This document shows positions 54,301 through 64,000 of a stretch of 64,000 nt of DNA, one piece after another; the first letter of the stretch is position 1; each line of letters starts with the position of its first letter. The notes under the pieces are model-generated. The model ran no database searches. It saw nothing but the letters and a program-made list of their open reading frames with translations, and had not been told where the DNA came from. The DNA comes from Euprymna scolopes (Eukaryota), in NCBI GenBank assembly GCA_053919585.1, contig CM132805.1; one strand, written 5' to 3'. The translations under genes and the position numbers were made by a program.

Positions 54301-57300
54301 GAAATATTAAACGTTTGAACTCTTCATGATACTTTGTTGGAAATGTTTTTTTGTTTTCAACATCATACCAAATCTATCTAAGTAAATATTTTTGCTAATA
54401 TTTACATGAGCAAATATACCCACCCACTCTCTTAAAACTATATTTAAATTTTTTTGGTCAAAAGACATAGTTTTAGTTTTCTATTTGGTTCTCAATTATT
54501 TGAAATGAATTAACCCATTTTTTCTGTTTTAATATATGTCTTATAATTACAATTCATTGGTTTTGCATTTTGTTTAGTTCTGTTGTAATTTTATTTTTCA
54601 TTGAATCTTTTCATGCTGAGTGTATTGTTGGCAAAGTATATTTGTCTACCGTGATACGAGTATGGTAATTTGGCAGTCTTCATATTTTGTTAACAGTTTG
54701 TTTCTGTATTTGATTTCTCTGTTGTATTTGCATCTAATACTGAAGTTGAGCTTAGTTTTACAACAATAAATGTTGCTATTATATTTGAATTTTTATGTGT
54801 TATATTTAGTGTACATTTTTTGCTGGACCCAATCGATCTCACAAATAAGAAAAGAGACATGAACAAAACTAGTGCAATGAAAAACAAACATGCATACAGC
54901 ACAATATAGATGTGGCATTTATTTAAAAGAAATCAATATGTGACTATTCGTTAGGAAAGATGATGGATCGTTATTATAGGATGGTGATGATGACTATCTT
55001 TGGGTTTTAACTTAGGAGTTGTTGCTTGTGATATAGCTGTTGATAATAGCGACAGTGAGGATCGCAGACATTGTTGATGTACTGTTCAAAGTGGCTCTCG
55101 CATTTGTTCACAATCAATGAAAAAACAGCAATGACGATTTAAAGTGTTGTAACTGTTTCAACACAATTTTTTTAATCAACATGTGACAATGGATGGGACA
55201 AGGATCATCACTTCACTCTGGGATCAAATTGGCAATTGAATCATCAGCAGCAGTTGTAATTCGCTCAAAGCAACCAAAAGCACAAGCATCAGTAAGCAAG
55301 GTTTTAGCTTCTTTGTTTTAGGATATGCATAGTATTGTACTCATCAATTAACTTGAGAAACAAAGAACCATCAATAGTGAATATTATATAGTATTATTGG
55401 TATTATTCTGAAGGAAGGATTTTACTCAAAATAACTGAAGAAGAAAAAATGTACTTGCATAAAGACACAAATTGGTTGCAATGCTGGCAAAATTACATAA
55501 ATGTCACTTCAAATTGCTCCCACAACCATATTATTGTCTGCATCTAACTGAAAGTGACTATTGGCTGCTTGCAAATCTCAAAAGAATTCTCCAGATTTGG
55601 TTCTAATGAACTAGTGATATTGGAACCTGGGTGTATTTTGCTTCAATTGTAGAGCTGTTAGTTACTGTGCACTGTAGTCGATGCATACAAATTATAAATT
55701 CCTTTAGATTCGGTAAAACTTCCAATTTTTTAATGAATTTCTTTGACACCATTTTATCCTTTGACACCATTTTATATTTGTTTTCTTGTTTAACCTTGAA
55801 AGATGGACATGGACTAACAACACGACTGCAATAAGTAGACAGAGCACAAGGTTACGAAAAGAACTTCATTAACAGACAGAGGAAGACAATCTAGCTGTGT
55901 ATGTAATGGGTTGACAGCAGGAAAACAGAGCATGCATTACAAAAGTGTGATATAAAATAACCATTTATTGTTTGATGCTGATCTGGTCCAATTAAGGGGT
56001 GAAACCTTCACAAAATCTCAGAAGAGATTAAATCTAAATAATATATGGAGAGGTGTGCAGAACAAGAAACTCTGTTGGTTTGGTCACACCAAAAGAATGA
56101 ATTAGTAGATGTAGAACAGTGTAGATAGCAAAATCAGTTGGCAAGAATAACACAAGAAAAAGTGATAAGAATGGGTTAAAGATCTGTTAGGTTAGTTTGA
56201 AAGTCAATTTCTAAAAGTCATTTAACATGTTATCATGTAAAACAAATGTTAAACGAATGATGATCATGATCTTTCAGCAGTTTTATTTCGATGAGATGTT
56301 TTTATGGTGTAGAAATTAAATGCCTTTGTCTGTGTCTTGATAAGAAGAGATTTGAATTTTCAGCTAAGAATCGTTCTACAGTTTCTTCTGGATTATATAT
56401 GAGCAAGTTTGTCATTTTTTCAGTTATCAATTGTCAATGAGTCTGAAAATACTTTTGAATAAATCAGCTATTCTCAGTGACGCCGAGTATCAAAACGAAT
56501 TCATGAAAATAATTACAAGTCAGCGTACATGCATTTAGGAACTTCAGTCACAAATGTGTAAATTAGCATTCTTTGGTATCAATTACATTTACTGATTTGC
56601 TTTATTACAGTTTTATATTGTTCTTACCAAACCGAGTTTGCAATTATCTTAGTGCTGCATATAAATGCCCTGTTTCTATTGTGGTTAATAATTACAATCA
56701 TAAACGTATCTTAAGTATTGACCAATTAGATCAACACAGATTAGCATTTTCTTCTGCTATTATTTCTTTGTTACAGAACACATTTTTCTTTTCTTTTTTT
56801 AGATCTCATTCAACTTAGTTAATGTTCAATTCTTTTAGTTTGCCTGATTTTATCATAGTGTCACATTAGGTTAACTGTTTTTCGTTTTAGATTTTTACAA
56901 TTGAATGAACTCTTATAGAATATAACATTAGGAATATAAACGGAATTTCAAATGCTGAAGCTTTCAGAAATTCTTGAACTGGTACCTGAGTCTGAGTTTT
57001 TGTCTAAAAGAATTGTAGAGCCAGTTCTTTCAAAAGTCTTCTTTTCTTAAGATAGAAATATTGTCTATTTGAATTTGGGTTTTATCAGACAATTTCAAAA
57101 TATTATTTGCAGAATTAATACAAGATTATAGAAGTACAGGAGGTTCAAACAAGAGAAATGAAAGCATGCTGACTGAATTCTTGAAGCAACACAGGTTCGA
57201 TAGAAATGGTGTGATATCACAAAGAAAGCACACTAGAATTTTGATGAGTGCTACAACATGACCAGAATATAGTCATAAGATAGATCTCATTTCCTCACCA

Positions 57301-57667
57301 TCTGCAGATTACGTTTATTTATGTCTCTGAAAATTTAGATTTGGTTTCACTATCTGATACACAAATGTGTTTTCCGTAAATCGACTACTACTATTTATCT
57401 TGCTACTACAACTATTATGACTCTTTCTCCAACTATTGTCACTATTACTGATATTATCAAGCCAGTAAAATTAAGAACAAATAATTTATTAAAGCTGATT
57501 ATTTATTTATTATTTATTTATTATTTATATTTGTTATTTTTATACAATAAGCCCACTTATTGACTTTTTATTCTTTTCGTTTTTTGGTTTAAAATGGCTT
57601 CTACTTTCCAGTGACGTTGACCTGAGGGACTAGGGCTCAATGGATTGAACACTCTATCAAAAGCAAC

Positions 57668-57813
57668 ATGGGGAGAGTGACAACCTGTCCGACAGGATTA
57701 TCTCATCAATCAAGACCCTCGTTGAAGAAACAGCTCAGTTTGGCAACCAAACAAGAGCCAGAGCAGACAAATCTGGTGACATTTCTCATTGGATGTCATT
57801 CGGAGAGAAAGGG
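57668..57813 (+). CDS. Candidate first coding exon of an unidentified host gene (MGRVTTCPTGLSHQSRPSLKKQLSL...)
   Basis: Pyrimidine tract plus ttccAG acceptor (57611), good-context aacATGG at 57668, open frame to a GT at 57814, higher GC than flanks. Confidence 0.4.
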
Positions 57814-58502
57814 GTACATTAGTTTTTTTTTTTAGTTTTCTGTTAAAACAAAACTAATTTGCATATAATGAATAATATTTTCATTTCAAATTGTCTGGAT
57901 TCATTCAGATAATTTGCTGTAATCACACCAGCCCAAGTTTATAAAGAAATCATCAAAATATTTTCATAATCATTTTGTTCACACAATGATTAAATGAAGC
58001 TTCATGCTATAAACGCATGCACAAAATGCAAACAATAAAATGTATAGCAACAAAGGCTTGATATCCTTTCAGATAGATGTTCAGAATAATAATAAAAATA
58101 ATAATTTTAAAATACTTATCGTAACACTTTACATCGATTTAATGCTAACTCAGGTCATCAAAGACATATTCCTATCCAATATATTTAAACAAGCTAGAAT
58201 TGAATTTTAACGTTACATTTCCAATGTCAGATAGCAATACAGTTTTTGACAATCAGATTTACCGTGAAACTGCAGTAAAGTGTTAAGCCCCTTATTTACT
58301 ACTTTACTTAGCTCAGAATCCCATATTACACTTTTATTCAATTATTACTATTTTCTGTTATATAAAAGGCAGTTGTTAGTGTGTGTGTGTGCACATGTGT
58401 GTATGTTTCGCTAAAAGTCAAAAACTACACAACAAACGCTCACAAAGTTGCTATATACTTGATTGGCATTGCTTGGGATGAATATCTACTTTACTGAAAA
58501 GG

Positions 58503-58675
58503 GGGAGAGTAGACAATGCATGGTGGATGCATTGTTGGCAGCTCTCGTAACTCTCGCTTCTCCTAATTTGTCTCTCAGTCCTCATTTAGAATGAGTGATT
58601 TTTCTGACAAAGGGGGAAGAAAAAGCTGTATTCTAGGTTAGCAGTATATTTGCATGAGCAGTCGCCTGAGATGTT
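58503..58675 (+). mobile_element. Isolated copy of the 5'-most segment of the CR1-group LINE
   Basis: Aligns with 44389-44555. Confidence 0.85.
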
Positions 58676-59999
58676 GGTTCTAATTAGAGTATGACAAATG
58701 ATGGGAACAAAACAACAAGAGGACTGAACTATGGAGAGAGATATATTTAGTTTTAATGACAGCCATGAGTTGGATTTGACAATAGCTGGAACTTAACGCC
58801 AGTTGTGAGCTGGATGCAGTTGAACACAGATCATGGCTCAGAGCAATTGGCGAAGTGAATTGTTCAATCGACTGAAAAACCCAACCTCAAAAGTAGATAT
58901 AGACGTGAACGTTAGCATTTAGTCAATGGTGAGAGTCTAACTGACATATGTGTAAAGCATTAAAGTCTGTGTTTCATTTTATTTCTATACATATTAGCTC
59001 ATATTCTCCCCTGAACAGCTGTCAGTGTGAGAAACTATGACGATATGGCCATAAGAACACAAGATGGAGAAGAAATCCATGACACACAATGTTGGAGTTA
59101 GCAAGTTGAGTGGGAAATGCATAATGTCATAATTCTTTATTGCCTTCATATTAAAATTTTCACAATTGATAATTATTTTCAGCTTGATGGAAGAAATAAA
59201 ATCAGATGAATGAATAGAGATATTTTTTAGCACGGCAAAGTTCTCCTTGGTTAGGAATTACTGAATGTTCATGATGTTGTGATCAGGAGCAGTGTCATGG
59301 GTAAGAAGAGAAAGTGTAAAGAAAACTGAAAAAATGCAATGTTTGCTAAAAGTTAAAATTATAGATTCACAAGATTTCATAATTTATGTCTGCCTTTTCG
59401 AGTGATAACTCACACAATATACGCTGTTCTGTTACTTTTCAAACACCCAAGTTTACATTTCATCCCTTTGAAATAGCAAATGTTCACATAAATAAAACAA
59501 ATAAAAACCATAAAATGAACATAAAATAATTAATTCAATACAGATTTTATCATTTTTGTTTTACAAATCAACAAATCAGTTGTGCAAACAAAAATAATAT
59601 ACAAATTCGCTTTTGTTTATGATAAGAAAACATCGAATTTGTTTTATATTTCAGAATTTTTTGGATGAGGATTGAGTATTTGGTTCATTCAAAATACCAT
59701 TTTTACCTTAATTGTTATTTTAACAACGTTTCAGTTGATATAACCTCCAACCTTTTTTTTAAACTTCAGGAATCTATACAAAATTTCAAATTGAATCCTT
59801 TATTTAATCTGACCAAGTTGATCCAAATAATCTAAATCGAATTTTTTATGGTTTCATACAGATTAACTTATTTATCGCATCTACAGTATCATTATCATTA
59901 TCATAATCATTATCATTATCATGATCATTATCACTATCATAGTAGTACACAACGATTTGGGGTGATCTTTGGAATGTTCAAAAGGAACATAACAGAAGT

Positions 60000-60605
60000 G
60001 CTTTGTGTCTGAAAGATTTGAAGAATGAAATAGAAAGTAAGTTTAAGCAAATCCAAGATGTGGTGAACGTGGACAAGGAGAAAGCTCAGAAATTGAAAAA
60101 TTCCAAATTGGAAGACTCTTGAACCAGATCGTGTTCAAGGATATTGGATAAAAATCCTTACCAACTTGCATGTGAGGATTTCATCTCAAATCGATGGAAT
60201 TTTGACAGGGGATGTAATTCTTGAATACAACACGCATGGACAAACAATGCTCTGTTAGGTCACATTAAAAGACACCGCAGTCAATAACTATCGGTCTATC
60301 ACTTGTTCAACATTGATGTGGAAACTTCTGATAGTCATTTTGGCAGATGAGATTTACCAACATCTGAAACAGCAAAATATTTTACCTGTGGAACAGAAGG
60401 GATGTAGGCGAGGTAGTAGAGGGACCAAAAATCAATTGCTTATTGATAAAACATTACTTCAGGATTGTAAGAGAATAGTCACAAATCTATCCATGTCATG
60501 AACAGATTTTTGCAAAGTAGAGGATTAAGGAATGTATTGAAATATTTGGAATAATGATAATTGTGCGAGATTTCTTGAAGAAAAGTATCAAACAATGGAA
60601 GGTGT
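60000..60605 (+). pseudogene. R4/Dong-like non-LTR RT fragment
   Basis: [48 protein letters not shown]. Confidence 0.8.
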
Positions 60606-60689
60606 CATGTAATTTTCTAACAAAATCAAATATTTATTGTAATATTAAAATTCAAAATAGAAGCAAGATTTTATCATTTTTTTAATTTA

Positions 60690-61955
60690 AAATTTTTCCA
60701 AATTCCATCATCAGAAATTGTGTTCTTTTTTCTTGATGAATAAATAAATATTTTTTTAATCTTCAATTTTTCTAAATTCCATCATCAGAAATTGTGTTCT
60801 TTTTTTTTGAAGAATAAATAAATATTTTTTTAATCTTCAATTTTTCCAAATTCCATCATCAGAAATTGTGTTCTTTTTTCTTGAAGAATAAATAAATATT
60901 TTTTTAATCTTCAATTTTTCTAAATTCCATCATCAGAAATTGTGTTCTTTTTTCTTGAAGAATAATAAATATTTTTTTAATCTTCAATTTTTCTAAATTC
61001 CATCATCAGAAATTGTGTTCTTGTTTTTCTTGAAGAATAAATAAATATTTTTTTAATCTTCAATTTTTCCAAATTCCATCATCAGAAATTGTGTTTTTTT
61101 TTCTTGAAGAATAAATAAATATTTTTTTAATCTTCAATTTTTCTAAATTCCATCATCAGAAATTGTGTTTTTTTTTCTTGAAGAATAAATAAATATTTTT
61201 TTAATCTTCAATTTTTCCAAATTCCATCATCAGAAATTGTGTTTTTTTTTCTTGAAGAATAAATAAATATTTTTTTTAATTTAAAACTTTTCCAAATTCC
61301 ATCATCAGAAATTGTGTTCTTTTTTGAAGAATAAATAAATATTTTTTTAATCTTCAATTTTTCCAAATTCCATCATCAGAAATTGTGTTTTTTTTCTTGA
61401 AGAATAAATAAATATTTTTTCAATCTTAAATTTTTCTAAATTTCATCAAAAATTGTGTTATTTTTTTTGAAGAATAAATAAATATTTTTTTAATCTTAAA
61501 TATTTCTAAACTCCATCATCAGAAATTGTGTCCTTTTTTTTCTTGAAGAATAAATAAATATTTTTTTTAATTTTAAATTATTCTAAATTCAATCATCAGA
61601 AATTGTGTTCTTTTTTCTTGAAGAATAAATAAATATTTTTTTAATCTTAAATTTTTCTCAATTTAATCATCAGAAATTGTGTTCTTTTTTCTTGGAAAAT
61701 AAATGAATATTTTTTTAATCTTAAATTTCTCTATACTCCATCATTAGAAATTGTGTTCTTTTTTTGAAAAATAAATAAATATTTTTTTTATTCTTAAATT
61801 TTTCTAAATTCCATCATCAGAAATTGTGTTCTTTTTTCTTGGAAAATAAATAAATATTTTTTGAATCCTAAATTTTTCTATATTTTATCATCAGAGATTG
61901 TGTCCTTTTTTCTTGAAGAATAAATAAATATTTTTTTTATCTTAAAATTTTCAAA
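60690..61955. repeat. About 74-bp AT-rich tandem repeat, about 17 diverging units
   Basis: Unit aaattccatcatcagaaattgtgttcttttttcttgaagaataaataaatatttttttaatcttcaatttttct. Confidence 0.95.
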
Positions 61956-62857
61956 ATTCAAAATTTTCTTCTTTATAACTTGTCAAAATGAACCAGTCTT
62001 AAATTCCTGATGCAACCAAATCTCACCACTCACATTCTATTTGCTAACCTTATTTTGTATAACCTACTTGTGATTACATTAAATATTGTTCTAAGATGAC
62101 TTATCCAACAAAATTATATTAAAAAGATTTAACAGCTTTTTGACTGGTATTAGCAGTATTTTATATTATTATTATATATGAAATTTAAAAAGTGTTGTGA
62201 AACATTTTACTCTTACTTTCATCCATATTGAAACAAAATATTTTTAAAAATTAGTCTAGTAGTAATCGCTTCTCTTACATACTGGTTTCTTATCTTGTTA
62301 AGCAGTTTTTATGCTTTACTCATGATAATTAGTTAATTTATGTATTATTACTTTAAAATTGACAATTCTGAACATTGTGTACTAAAATTAGTTTGATTTT
62401 CAAAAAATGTAATTATCTTTATATAAAACTTTAAAAACTTATTGTTGATCATCAATGAAATCGAAATTTCTTGTATGATTTCATCAGAAAATATATTTCA
62501 TTTCTCCTCAGCCTCGGGAAGAGGAATAATATGAACTGTAAGACGATTATAAAAAGTAAAAATCAAAGAGATTTTCGTCATAAGCAAATTCACATCGAAT
62601 AAATATCCTTAAGATTGCTAGAAAATAACTTATAAATATGGAAATTGGTGGTGATTATAAATAAGTCATAAAAAAGATTTGTATTATATGTATAATTATT
62701 TTCATTTTGAATGTTATTCTCACGTTTTGGTTGATGTAATCCCCTGTTTTCTTCAGGAATGTCTTGTCAAATTTGTGAATTTCGAATGGAACCCTTTATT
62801 TAATCCAAAAGACTAGCTTTCTCTTGTTCTATCAGCCTTCAGAGCATAGAAGTTTTA

Positions 62858-64000
62858 ATTACAGGAGACAAAACCGGACGTATTCTTTCTAAGCGAAACT
62901 GGAATAGGGCTGACCACCTCCCTAGATGAGTTCATAATTAAAGGATACTCTAACTTAACATTTAAATCTGACTCCCAAGATCGCTGTGGGCATGGAATAT
63001 GTGCCTACATTAAAGATGGCTTCCCGTATGGCAGGGATATCTCCACAGAAGACCCTAATTGACCTTATATGTGCTTCCAGGTTGCACTTGCTTACACCTC
63101 CACATTTATATTTACCATCTATCGCCCCCACAACAGCAGAGTTACTATCTTTAAGAGTATATCTGAGAAAATAGTCCACATCCTGTCTGCTCATCCCTCG
63201 GCTAACATTCACATTTGCGGTGACTTCAATGTCCATAATGTGGAATGGCTGACCCACTCAAATAAGACAGATGATGAGGAGAGGTTCTGTCATGATTTTG
63301 CCATTGCCTATGACCTCAATGTCCATAATGTGGAATGGCTGACCCACTCAAATAAGACCGATGACGAGGGGAGGTTCTGTCATGATTTTGCCATTGCCTA
63401 TGACCTCACTCAGATTGTTCACGGGTCCACTCGTGTGCCCGATACTACCGGTCAGTATGCAAGCCTTCTAGATCTTTTTCTCTCAACTTCCCCTGAGCTA
63501 TGTTCATGTTTCGTTCTATCTCCTCTGGGATCCTCCGACCACTCTGGTATATCAGTTAAGATAAAAATGAAATGTAATAAGTCTTCAGACATACAATTCC
63601 ACCACACTGTATGCCGATATTCTATGGCTGACTGGGATAGCTTCTGTACATTCATATCTAATCTACCTCTGTATTCCATGTTTAAAAAGGATGTGTCCTC
63701 TATAGTGTCAGACCTGACTGAATGGTTAATTGTAGGCATAGACCAATTCATACCATCCAAAAAATACCAACAAAAACCGAACAGCCAGCCATGGTTCTCC
63801 CCAGAATGTGCTGCTGCTATCGCGCACAGAAATCACTTTTTCCATAGCTACCAACGTAATAGATGCACTGAGACTACAGCTGCTTTCAGGAACACCAACA
63901 ACCACTGTAGAAGAGTAATAAAAAATGCAAGAGAGCTATATGCTCAGTCTGTTAAATCCAAAGTAGCTGAGCAGCGGCTTGGTTACCACCAGTTTTGGCA
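62858..64000 (+). mobile_element. Third copy of the CR1-group LINE (endonuclease region, 5'-truncated, runs off the window)
   Basis: Aligns with 45059-46110; internal 90-bp duplication. Confidence 0.92.

Overview
AT-rich animal (probably invertebrate) genomic DNA made mostly of transposable elements and tandem repeats. It has no intact long host CDS, rRNA, tRNA or CRISPR array. Main contents: (1) a decayed full-length Tx1-clade non-LTR retrotransposon (1988-8962) inserted with a perfect 20-bp TSD into U2 snRNA sequence (Keno-like). The U2 sequence is only a 5' fragment, carried inside what looks like a non-autonomous Helentron/DINE-like element (about 1397-9341), and two further short U2-headed units precede the insertion. 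(2) Two very homogeneous satellites (79 bp x ~96; 42 bp x 32) between two outward-facing Helitron-like CTAG ends. (3) Three copies of one CR1-group LINE; one holds a nested solo LTR and a TIR element, and another has a structured 5' leader with a possible degenerate HDV-like ribozyme. (4) Gypsy remnants, a decayed hAT with nested inserts, a Tc1 and an R4-like RT fragment. (5) A CpG-rich, inverted-repeat-rich, promoter-like region (about 33.5-41 kb) and a candidate first coding exon at 57.6 kb. All calls come from reading the sequence by eye; no searches were run.
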